DNA of 64,000 nucleotides from Eledone cirrhosa (Eukaryota), in assembly GCA_964016885.1 (NCBI GenBank), contig OZ024762.1, positions 10,788,001 to 10,852,000 of the forward strand, written 5' to 3'. Numbering within the stretch: position 1 is the stretch's first letter; every line of letters begins with the position of its first letter. The translations under genes and the position numbers were made by a program. The notes beneath the pieces are model-generated. The model had not been told where the DNA came from. It made no database searches and saw nothing but the letters and a program-made list of their open reading frames with translations. Positions 1 to 12,741 of this stretch are shown piece by piece.

Positions 1-129
1 CATATTTATTAAAATCATGTTGAAGTCTGTATACATTTTTGGGGGGGACACCCTGTGAATATATATATATATGAAGAGATGTGGAGAGAGTGTGTGTGCG
101 TGTAGATGTGTATATATAAATATATAAAG

Positions 130-161
<32 letters not shown>

Positions 162-588
162 ATATATAAAGGGAGGTAGAGAGTGTGTGTGTGTGTATAT
201 ATATAAAGAGAGGTAGAGAGTGTGTCGTTTGTTTTGCCTGTTAAGAAAAATACAATGACACTGAAATATCAAATTAAACTGCTTGAAATTATGAATGAAG
301 AAAGGTAATGAGACTGTATGTATGTGGATGTGTGTATTTATGTATGTGTGTGTTTGTATGTGGATGTGTGTGTATTCTCCGTGATTCATTTGAAAACTAG
401 ATGAGATCGACTACGTGACCTTTGAATATCATTTCATGGTCTTATTCTTTGCTTATCTTCTCGCACACACACACACTCGGAGATAGGAATATATATATAT
501 GTTAATGCTGTAAATAAACCTTATTGTACAGCCGAGCATGTTATTCTTCATTCTTTTGCTCTAATAATTATAATATATATATAAAAGA

Positions 589-690
589 AAAGTCAGGACC
601 CCGGGCCGTTTCGACAGCTTGATCCGAACTATATAGTTCAGATCTAGCTGTCGAAATGGCCGGAGCTCAGCCGTCGGGGTCCTGACATTT
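589..690. mobile_element. Palindromic mini-element, same family as 24195-24310
   Basis: GTCAGGACCCC..GTTTCGACAGCT..AGCTGTCGAAA..GGGGTCCTGAC between (TA)n and (TC)n tracts. Confidence 0.55.
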
Positions 691-729
<39 letters not shown>

Positions 730-914
730 TTATATATATTATTCAAAATATTAATAAATGAAAAATATTCTCATAACCAAAATATATATTTTATTATACA
801 TATTTCAAAGGTATATATACATATATATATATATATATATTATTCAAAATATTAATAAATGAAAAATATTCTCATAACCAAAATATATATTTTATTATAC
901 ATATTTCAAAGGTG

Positions 915-945
<31 letters not shown>

Positions 946-1523
946 GTGGGGGGATATATACGTTTTGAAAAAGAGAGTGAGAGGGGTATATTCATTCACA
1001 TAGACAGGGAGATATATAGGTTTAGAAAATGAGAGACACATACGTTGAGAGAGAGAAGGAGACAGACTCCGATATTTACATTCAAAGACAGATCAGACAG
1101 ACAGAAAAAGTATTTTTGTCGTGTTAAAGATATTCTAAAGATATCGTTGTTAAAAGAGGCCAAACATATCATTTGTTAAAACTTTCATTGAACCTTTACA
1201 GCTGATATTGTTACAAGAACCTTTTTTGACAGTATTGCTAATGAAATACACCCTATTTTAATTAAATTAAAAATGTTGATGGATTTACTAAAACTATTTC
1301 CTTTATGTATATATACACATATTTAAATATATATACACTATGTATAAATATAAATACACACATGTATAAATGTAAATACACACACACACATATATATATA
1401 CACATATTTATATATATACACACACACTCACATGTATGTTTTAAGTGTTGGACAATGATTTCCAATTAATTTTAAAAATACTCAAGAATCTTTCTTTTCT
1501 CTCTTTCTAGTATCTTATTAACA

Positions 1524-1627
1524 ATGGCTGGTGTTAGCTGTTTTGACCGTATTAAAGTTGGTTTTATGATAGGAATGTGTGTTGGAATGGCGTCAGGAGC
1601 AATATTTGGTGGATTTTCTGCACTTAG
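1524..1627 (+). CDS. ROMO1: ROMO1 coding exon 1
   Basis: ATG at 1524; [34 protein letters not shown]+AG; donor gtaagt at 1628. Confidence 0.93.
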
Positions 1628-2752
1628 GTAAGTCAACAACATAACCTGGGGGGGGCTTTATCTGCTTTATCCATAACTTGGTCCTTGGACTCTGTTGCTA
1701 GTAATAGAAACCAGGGCTTTGGTTTGAAGATAGCCTCTTCCCTTCCTCCCACAAGTCTCAGGGGCAAGGGCTTACGTTTCAAGCTCCCTCTCTTTCTACT
1801 ACAAGTCTTGAGAGGGCCAGAGCTTTGATTTCAAGAGATACCTCCCTCCTTTTCTCCCACAAGTCTCAGGGGCCAGGGCTTAGCTTTCAAGAGATACCCT
1901 CCTCTCTTTCTCCCATAAGTTTCTCGGTGCTTTTTTTGTGTGTGTGTGTCCCCAGCACAACCACCTCACAGGGTGGACTGGGTGTTTCTTGTCATGTCAC
2001 CAACACAACCACCTTACAGTATAGACTGGGTGCTTCTGGTCATGTCACCAACACAACCACCTTACAGTGTAGACTGGGTGCTTCTGGTCATGTCACCAAC
2101 ACAACCACCTTACAGTGTAGACTGGGTGCTTCTGGTCATGTCACCAACACAACCACCTTACAGTGTAGACTGGGTGCTTCTGGTCATGTCACCAACACAA
2201 CCACCTCACAGTGTAGACTGGGTGCTTCTGGTCATGTCACCAACACAACCACCTCACAGTGTAGACTGGGTGCTTCTGGTCATGTCACCAACACAACCAC
2301 CTCACAGTGTAGACTGGGTGCTTCTGGTCATGTCACCAACACAACCACCTTACAGTGTAGACTGGGTGCTTCTGGTCATGTCACCAACACAACCACCTTA
2401 CAGTGTAGACTGGGTGCTTCTGGTCATGTCACCAACACAACCACCTTACAGTGTAGACTGGGTGCTTCTGGTCATGTCACCAACACAACCACCTTACAGT
2501 GTAGACTGGGTGCTTCTGGTCATGTCACCAACACAACCACCTTACAGTGTAGACTGGGTGCTTCTGGTCATGTCACCAACACAACCACCTTACAGTGTTA
2601 TTGTTTTTTTCTTCTCTCAAGAATTTTTCTGTGTTTGTTTTAGATTTGGTTTACGAGGCCGAGAATTGGTTCAAAATGTTGGTAAAACCATGATTCAAGG
2701 CGGAGGAACTTTTGGTACATTTATGGCTATTGGTACTGGGATACGATGTTAG
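1524..2752 (+). CDS. ROMO1: Reactive oxygen species modulator 1 (Romo1/Mgr2 family), 2 coding exons (1524-1627, 2644-2752), 70 aa
   Basis: Spliced translation [35 protein letters not shown]|[35 protein letters not shown] matches Romo1 hallmark motifs SCFDR.K.GF..G and [20 protein letters not shown]. Phase-2 GT(1628)-AG(2643) intron. An acceptor at 1510 implies an upstream exon. Confidence 0.95.
1950..2597. repeat. 48-bp minisatellite, about 13 copies, in the ROMO1 intron
   Basis: Unit CAGTGTAGACTGGGTGCTTCTGGTCATGTCACCAACACAACCACCTTA. Confidence 0.95.
2644..2752 (+). CDS. ROMO1: ROMO1 coding exon 2
   Basis: Polypyrimidine tract plus tag at 2641-2643; (R)[38 protein letters not shown]. Confidence 0.95.
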
Positions 2753-2951
2753 AATTACAGTAGCAGCACTGACAAGACACTAACTATATGTATGTGTATA
2801 TATATATATATATTATATATAAATATATATATATATACACACACACACCATTGCATGTTAACTCACTCACTCACTCCATCCATCTCGCATTTGGAAGTGG
2901 TGAAGATGGTGAGACACTGTGCAAGGCCAAACAGAAAAAAGAATATTTTAT

Positions 2952-2957
2952 AATAAA
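2952..2957 (+). promoter_or_regulatory. Candidate ROMO1 polyadenylation signal
   Basis: AATAAA 200 nt after the stop codon, followed by a U/GU-rich tract (2970-3010). Confidence 0.5.
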
Positions 2958-3051
2958 CTTTACCCAAATTGTCTCTTGTTTATTATTTTTTCCTTCTTTT
3001 ATTATTTTGAAGTCCCCCATCACATCGTCTGACTATATCCCACTAAAGTTT

Positions 3052-3145
<94 letters not shown>

Positions 3146-3239
3146 CGTTTGTGGGGGACATGAAGCTTATAAATGTGGGTGCAGTACAGGGTCCATGACT
3201 GAGCCCTATAAGAGTGTTGTCAGTACAACCACACGATGT

Positions 3240-3485
3240 GAAGGCGCATGGCTTAGTGGTTAGAGCATTGGGCTTGCAATCGAAAGGTTGTGAGTTCAAT
3301 TCTCGGATCGGGTGATGTGTTGTTCCCTTGAGCAAGACACTTTATTTCCGATTGCTCCAGTTTACTCAGCTGTAGAAATGAGATGATAGGACTGGGGGTC
3401 CCTATCATTAAGTCACCCAAGACACCTCCAATGAGATATACCTTGGAGGAGGCTAGCTAAACCTGCATAGAGGTGTGAGCTGTCA
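3240..3485 (+). mobile_element. tRNA-derived CORE-SINE (3' truncated; same subfamily as 36052)
   Basis: A box TGGCTTAGTGG, B box GTTCAATTC, CORE-like CCTTGAGCAAGACACTTTA..CAGCTGTAGAAATG. Confidence 0.85.
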
Positions 3486-4089
3486 CACACACACAACCAC
3501 AAGATAAACTGCAACCTTTGTTTTCAGGGACAAGATAAGTATTGACATACATGTATGTCAATATATATATATATATATATAACTCTACAACGTAAACTGT
3601 CTCTAATACACAGACTGCTACATATATGCATACATACACACACACACATATATAAATATAATTTACAACCTTCTAAAGTAACTGTCTCTAACATGTAAGC
3701 ATCTCAATGACCGGATAAGATATACCAATAAATTAATAAACCAAATAATCCACTCAGATATGTCTTTAAAATATTTGGGCTTAAATTTAATATTTTTATA
3801 TATAGAGATAAATATCAAATAATGGTTTCTACTTTTGGCACAAGGCCAGCAATTACCCAGTGTATTACTGGTACGTTATCTTATCGACCCCGTAAGGATG
3901 AAAGGCAAAGTTAACCTCGGCAGGATTTGAACTCAGAATGGCAAGGGCCATGGTAGTTAAGACTGGATTAAATCACCATAATTGTTTGTTGCATTATATG
4001 TATTACGTTACATGGTTATTCCTGTGACTTTGTCAGATGACTAACCATGCTGAACCACTTCACTACTGGATGGACGTGCATGGCTACCG

Positions 4090-4140
4090 GCACCTGATGA
4101 AGTCACACGAGTAACCATGTAACAGAAATATATATAATGC
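4090..4140 (+). ncRNA. Degenerate minimal hammerhead-like motif
   Basis: GCAc-CTGATGA-a-GTcACA..TGTaAC-a-GAAA-tatata-TA-aTGC, then AATAAA; a more decayed inverted copy lies at about 3990-4040. Confidence 0.5.
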
Positions 4141-4501
4141 AATAAACAATTACGGTGAATTAATCCCGTCTTAACTACCGCGGGATTTGAACACAGACGG
4201 CCCTTTATGGTCTGAGTTCAAATCCCGCCGAGGTTAACTTTGCCTTTCATCCTTACAGGGTCGATAAAATAAAGTATCAGTAATACACTGGGATAATTGC
4301 TGGCCTTGTGCCAAAAGTAGAAACAATTATTTGATAAATGAATTACTCCATCATTCATTATCACCTACCTGGGATAAACTACTGACGTAGAGTGCTTTGA
4401 ATGGCTAGGACCTGCTTATCATCAGGAAGTTACTATGTAACAACTAAGACATACTACACTCTTATACAGATATTTAGATATAGAGCAAATAAATGTCTTA
4501 C

Positions 4502-4598
4502 CTTTGTCTGCTAATACGTGCATACCATCCAGTGGATTCAGAATTCCAGGATAAGGTTTCCCAAAGGATAAAATATTCACTTTGTGTGACAAATTAAA
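4502..4598 (-). CDS. ERGIC3: ERGIC3 last coding exon visible in window
   Basis: [32 protein letters not shown]+G; ctaaag / gtaaga. Confidence 0.92.
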
Positions 4599-7500
4599 CT
4601 TTAGGGGGAAAAAATAGAGAAAAAAACGTGTTTTTTTTTATTATTTTGCTTACCAGATTCATTTCATTGAAATTTTTTTAAACCTTGAAATTCACTGCCA
4701 GTGAATTTCAGGTAATTTTGAAAATAATTAATAATTTAGAAGGATTTAATTATATAACTAACTTTCTTCTTATTAATAAAGGTTTTTATATAACCATTTT
4801 AATACAGAACCAATTGCAGCTGCCCCTGATTCAATGATACACAGCTGTTTATATTGTTTATATTTATCTAAGAACCTCTTTCTTTGCCCACATATTCCTG
4901 TGAGGATTGTTGGGGAAAAATCCTTAGACCATGCCTTCCAGGGGCTCCCATCAGAAACAACCAGCTTTTCAAATCTATTATATTTTGATATTATTTATTT
5001 TTATAACAATACCTTAACATCAGTATGAGTGACCAGTTACAACCGGTTTGAACAGGTAAAGATGAGAGAATTCTGGCCGAATTCAGCCAGTTTAAATGCT
5101 AAAGGGTTAATGGTTTTGACTTAGCACCATTTATCAAAAGCCAAATCCTAAAGCATTTGTATAGGGACTTCCAGGCAAGAATCTTCTATGATAAGTACCA
5201 TGGAATAGGATCATATGCCTTTTCAAAGTCCATGAAACAAGCAAAGTGTCCTTATTCAAGTTATCATTGTTTAACATCCATTTTTCCACGCTAGCATGGG
5301 TTAGACAAGTATACAGTAACTGAAATTTATTGAACCAATATTTTCTATTCACACAATTAATGTAGTTGGTATTAGGAAGGGCATCCAGCTAAATTACAGT
5401 TTTGTCTGAGCAAGATACAGCGCAGCAAGCTAGAACCACCCAGTAACACGGCCCCACTACGAGCAAGGCATCTGGCCAGACTGTCTCATAACAGTACCAC
5501 CCAGTTCCACACTGTAAACGTGGTGGGTGTTAGGAAGGGCATCCAGCTGTAAAAATCCCTGCCAAATTACAGTTTTGTCTGAGCAAGGTACGGCATGGCC
5601 AACTAGCCAGACTTGTCTCATGACGTGGACAACCTGTCTAACCCATGCATGGATTAATGGATGTTAAACGGTGGTGATGACAGATTAGAGAAATTTATAA
5701 AGAATTATAGCAAATAAGGAATACTGACCTTCTGTCCACCTAAAGACTGTAAATCATGAACTGAAACAGACAAATGATGAAACACATGTTAGACATTTTT
5801 ATTACATTTTAACTTCAGTGGTGGAGTAATTGTCACAATGTGGGATATCCCCTACCTAACTGGGGGGGGGGGGGGGGGGACAACACCTACCTCACTGTGT
5901 TGGATATCACCAACTTCACTGTGTGTGGGATATCACCAACTTCACTGTGTGTGGGATAACACCTATCTCACTGTGTGTGGGATAACGCCTATCTCACTGT
6001 GTGTGGGATAACACCTATCTCACTGTGTGTGGGATAACACCTATCTCACTGTGTGTGGGATAACGCCTATCTCACTGTGTGTGGGATAACACCTATCTCA
6101 CTGTGTGTGGGATAACACCTATCTCACTGTGTATGGGATAACACCTATCTCACTGTGCGTGGGATAACACCTATCTCACTGTGTGGGATAACACCAATGT
6201 CACTCTCTGTGGGACAACACTAATGTCACACTCTGTGGGATAACACCAATGTCACTCTCTGTGGGACAACACCAATCTCAGTATGTGGACACGACACATC
6301 AACATGTAGGAGCACACTCTCTTCAACATGTAATTCTAAAGACAACTTACCATGTATGTGGTGCTGGTTGAAACTTTTCCCTGGAGCAAAATGGAAATTT
6401 CCAGCAACCTGAAAATAAAAATATAAATATATAAATAAATATATATATATATATATATATTTATAGACAGTCGATCAACTTTCATCAAATTGGACCAAGG
6501 AAAGAATGTTTCCATTGGTCTTTCCAATTGCTAATACTATCTATTGGTCACAAATTCAGATAGGAGCAACATGAAATAAAGTGTCTTGCTCAAGGACATA
6601 ACGCATCACCTGGTCCAGGAATCGAACTCACAACCTCACGACTGCGAATCCAATTATCTAACCACTCAGGCACACACCTTCATAAAATATATATTCCACA
6701 GAGGACACTGTTAATATTGTTTATATATATATATATATATGTGTGTGTTTATATACATATATATATATAATATAAACATTCTGAAACTTCTGTCTCATCC
6801 TCAACATTGTATTATGTTTTGGGGGGAGAAGTGATGGGTGAGACACATACAAGCCATTTCACCCGCCAACTCATTAGGCATTACATACTAGTTATACTAA
6901 TTCCTGGGGTTAACTCTTTCTTAACTGTATTTCTGACGAAAATCCCTCTCTTTCAATTAATTAATGAAGAATTTTCAACTGATTTACTAAAATTATTAAT
7001 TATTTCAATACTATTATAATACATTAATGCAAGGTTCTTATATGAAATAATTGTTTCTACTTTTGGCACAAGGCCAGCAATTACCCAGTGCATTACTGGT
7101 ACTTTATTTTATCGACCCCGTAAGGATGAAAGGCAAAGTCAACCTCGGCGGGATTTGAACTCAGACCGTAAAGGGACGTAACTATGCTGGAAAGCATGAC
7201 GTCCGACCCTCCACCGATACTGCCAATCCACCCACTTATATGAAATAATGTTGGAAGATTTCTATTTTAAATAGGAACCCTTTAAAATGGGTGGCTTTGT
7301 TTCTTAGAACCAGAGCTGTTTTGGGCTGGGTTGGTAAATAAAGGGTTAATGAAGAATTGTGAGAGATTTATCAAAATTATTAATTATTTAATTACTAAGT
7401 TGGTAACTTAACATATGGTTCTTGTATAAAAATATGTTGGAAGATTTGTATTTTAAATAGAAACGCTTTAAAATGGGAGGTTTTGTTTTATAAACCAGGG

Positions 7501-7996
7501 CTAGTTTTGGTTGGATTGGTAACAAACGAGAACAACAACAACACTCACCTTATTGACCTCTAGTGTGCCAAAAAGCTGACAGCCCTCATTCAGCTGTTCC
7601 TTCATCTTTTCATCCCAGCCTTCTCTCTGACACTGCGCCACCTCTGCAGGTTTGAAGGCCCACCCTTTCTTTCTGTAAGCTTCCCTAACACTTTCACAAG
7701 TGTTACAACAGCTGAAGAGAAGGACAAAGACAGAGAGATGTAGAGAGAGAATATATATATACACTTTATTTCACATTGCTCCAGTTTACTCAGCTGTAGA
7801 AATGAGATGATAGGACTGAGTTCCCTATCATTCCACTGCAAAGTGGTCATGGAGGTGCCACGGCAAAAAAGCACCCATCACTCACTATAAATGAGGTTGG
7901 TGTTAGGAAGGGCATCCAGCTGTAGAAATCAGTTCCCGTCCCACCCTTGCAAGCAGGGAAAAGAGGACGTAAAATGAAATGATGATGAAGATGATG

Positions 7997-8032
<36 letters not shown>

Positions 8033-11000
8033 AATGTCAATGTGTATGAATGACCAAGCATGGAGGAGTTGAGAGGGAAACTGTGTATAAAAGGGATAAG
8101 TTGTAGTGCATAGGAAAAGACTGCAATGGTATGGACATGTGATGCACATGGAGGATGACCACTGGGTAAAGAAGTGCCAAGAAATCTCAGTAGAGGAAGA
8201 CCATGAAAAACATGGGCAGAGGTGGTGAGAGCTGACCTCAGATCGCTGAAGCTCACGGAGGAGTTGACGAAGGACCATGACAAGTGGAGAGATGCTGTGC
8301 TGAATAGGACCCGTCCCACCCTTGCAAGCAAGGAGAAGCGGACGTTAAAATGATGATGATATATATAAGTTAAACCTAACGTCAGTAGGCACCTCTTAAC
8401 CAAATATACACCCCATCCCCACTACCCCTACTCCATCTTCCCACTTCCACTCCCACTACCCTTTCTCTGTAAAGTTATGTTGGTACCTCAGAACATCCAG
8501 TCCACACTAAAGTGGTCGTGTAGATGTCATGACAAAAAACACCCAGTCCATGCTGTAAAGTGGTCGTGTAAGAGACACAGTAAAAGGGCTCCCAGTCCAC
8601 ACTGTAAATGTGGTTGGTGTTAGGAAGGGCATCCAGCCGTAGAAAACCTGCCAGATACAGTCCTATACGAGCGAGACATGGTCACCCGATCAATCTTGCC
8701 TCAAGTGGGACAATTCCCGTCTAACCCATGCTAGCGTGGAAGATGGACATTAAACGATGATGATTCTATATATATACACAAACACACACGTGTGTGTTTG
8801 TGTATGTGTTTATATATGTGTGTGTATATATATATATATATACCCACACACATATATATGTATCTACATATACACCCATTATACATTTAATGTAATCAAA
8901 ACTAAATAAATAAAAAGACAAGATGGCTTCCACATTGATGATGGGTTAAACAGAGACATGGATATCTGATACATCAAAATCAATATATCATTTCAAAATA
9001 CAAATATATTGATTACCAATGAGATCCAGCTGTATTGACACTAGCTATAGTGATATAGATTGGCTGTGGATAGACATATACACACATACATCTGTATATA
9101 TATATATACACATACATCTGTATATATATACACACATACATCTGTATATATATATATATACATACATCTGTACATATATATACACACATACATCTGTATA
9201 TATATATATATACACATACATCTGTATATATATATATATACATACATCTGTATATATATACACACATACATCTGTATATATATATATATACATACATCTG
9301 TGTATATATATATACACATACATCTGTATATATATACACACATACATCTGTACATATATATACACACATACATCTGTATATATATATATACACATACATC
9401 TGTATATATATACACACATACATCTGTACATATATATATACACACATACATCTGTACATATATATATACACACATACATCTGTACATATATATACACACA
9501 TACATCTGTACATATATATATACACACATACATCTGTACATATATATATACACACATACATCTGTACATATATATACACACATACATCTGTATATATATA
9601 TATACACACATACATCTGTACATATATATACACACATACATCTGTACATATATATATACACACATACATCTGTACATATATATACACACATATATCTGTA
9701 CATATATATACACACATACATCTGTACATATATATACACACATACATCTGTACATATATATACACACATACATCTGTATATATATACACACATCTGTACA
9801 TATATATACACACATACATCTGTGTATATATATATATACACATACATCTGTATATATATACACACATACATCTGTATATATATATATACACATACATATG
9901 TACATATATATACACACATACATCTGTACATATATATACACACATACATCTGTACATATATATACACACATACATCTGTATATATATATATATATACATA
10001 CATCTGTACATATATATACACACATACATCTGTACATATATATACACACATACATCTGTACATATATATACACACATACATCTGTACATATATATACACA
10101 CATACATCTGTACATATATATACACACATACATCTGTACATATATATACACACATACATCTGTACATATATATACACACATACATCTGTACATATATATA
10201 CACACATACATCTGTACATATATATACACACATACATCTGTACATATATATACACACATACATCTGTACATATATATACACACATACATCTGTACATATA
10301 TATACACACATACATCTGTACATATATATACACACATACATCTGTACATATATATACACACATACATCTGTACATATATATACACACATACATCTGTATA
10401 TATATATATACACATACATCTGTATATATATACACACATACATCTGTACATATATATACACACATATATCTGTACATATATATACACACATACATCTGTA
10501 CATATATATACACACATACATCTGTACATATATATACACACATACATCTGTACATATATATACACACATACATCTGTACATATATATACACACATATATC
10601 TGTACACATATACACACATACATTTGTACACATAATAAAAAAAACAATAATAATGAAATTATTGTGTACAGTGCTCAGATGCACTACAACTCATCAAAGG
10701 TGCATGTATAGTACATAGAATAATGTACAAATGTCAGGAAAGTGAACAGTGTTTGAGTTGTGATATACATGTGTGTGTGTATGGAGGAGGATATTAGGTG
10801 TAGTGTTGGCGAATCTCAGGAAGCATGGAGGTTTTAAAGGATGCAGTGTCTCGACAGCAAACAACTGATGCAGGGAGTTTGTTCCATGGAGGTTTTAAAG
10901 GATGCAGTGTCTCGACAGCTAATAACTGATGCAGGTAGTTTGTTCCAAGGAAGTTTTAAAGGATGCAGTGTCTCGACAGCTAACAACTGATGCAGGTAGT

Positions 11001-12710
11001 TTGTTCCATGGAGGCTTTAAAGAATGCAGTGTCTCGACAGCTAACAACTGATGCAGGGAGTTTGTTCCATGGAGGCTTTAAAGAATGCAGAGTCTCGACA
11101 GCTAACAACTGATGCAGGTAGTTTGTTCCATGGAGGTTTTAAAGGATGCAGTGTCTCGACAGCTAACAACTGATGCAGGGAGTTTGTTCCATGGAGGCTT
11201 TAAAGAATGCAGAGTCTCGACAGCTAACAACTGATGCAGGTAGTTTGTTCCATGGAGGTTTTAAAGGATGCAGTGTCTCGACAGCTAACAACTGATGCAG
11301 GTAGTTTGTTCCATGGAGGTTTTAAAGAATGCAGAGTCTCGACAGCTAACAACTGATGCAGGTAGTTTGTTCCATGGAGATTTTAAAGGATGCAGTGTCG
11401 CGACAGCTAATAACTGATGTAGGTAGTTTGTTCCATGGAGGTTTTAAAGGATGCAGTGTCTTGACAGCTAACAACTGATGCAGGTAGTTTGTTCCATGCC
11501 TCAGCAACTCTGAGCGTGAAAAAATGTTTCCGGAAGTCATGGGAGCTGTGCTGTTTTCTGACTTAGTAGGCATGCCCATGGGTGATAGACACATGGAAAT
11601 CAAAAAGGTCCCCAGGGTTGTTGTTGGCAAGATGGTTAATACTTTTGTGGGTGATATATATACACAGTTACACATAAACACAGCTGCACACATACAACTA
11701 CATATCTGCACATAAACATAACTACACATACACATCTGCTCACATACTCACACACAACTACATATACACATTTGCACACATTCACATACACACACAACTA
11801 CACATATACAAGCACAACTACACATACACCCATCTGCAAGCACACACATCTACATGCTTACACACAAAGATCTACACACATACATCTACAGACACACACA
11901 CCTATCTACACATACACACACACATCTACATGCTTACACACAAAGATCTACACACATACATCTCCATACACAGACCTATCTACACATACACACACACATC
12001 AGCACACACACAGTTATCTACACATACACACAAACATCTACATACACACACACCTATCTACACACACACATCTCTCTCCACACAAACACACACCTATCTC
12101 CACACACACACACACACACACCTATCTACGCACACACACACGCACACACACCTATCTCCACACACACACACACCTATCTCCACACACACACACACCTATC
12201 TCCATACAAACACACACCTATTTCCACACACGCACACCTATCTACACACACACACACACCTATCTCCACACTCACACCTATCTCCACACACACACACACA
12301 CACCTATCTACACACACGCACCTATCTCCACACACACACCTATCTCCACAGACACACACACACCTATCTACACACACACACACCTATCTACACACACACA
12401 CACACCTATCTCCACACACACACACCTATCTCCACACACACACACACACCTATCTCCACACACACACACCTATCTACACACACGCACACCTATCTCTACA
12501 CACACCCACCCATCTCCACACACACACACCTATCTCCAGACACACACACACCTATCTACACACACACACACACACCTATCTACACACACACACACACCTA
12601 TCTCCACACACACCTATCTCCACACACACACACCCATCTACACACACACACACACACACCTATCTCCACACACACCCACCCATCTCCACACACACACACA
12701 CACACACACC

Positions 12711-12741
<31 letters not shown>

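Noticed and set aside
252-306. ATG..AAAG|gtaatg as a possible upstream ROMO1 exon
   Set aside because: No homology support; cannot be distinguished from chance without transcripts.
1825-2643. 272-aa and 270-aa ORFs with 16-aa periodicity
   Set aside because: 48-bp minisatellite in the ROMO1 intron; only the last 35 codons of the 1940-2752 ORF are a real exon.
4375-4432. CTGATGA on the minus strand with a downstream GTC
   Set aside because: No GAAA (reads CAAAG) and no convincing stems; at best a very decayed hammerhead.
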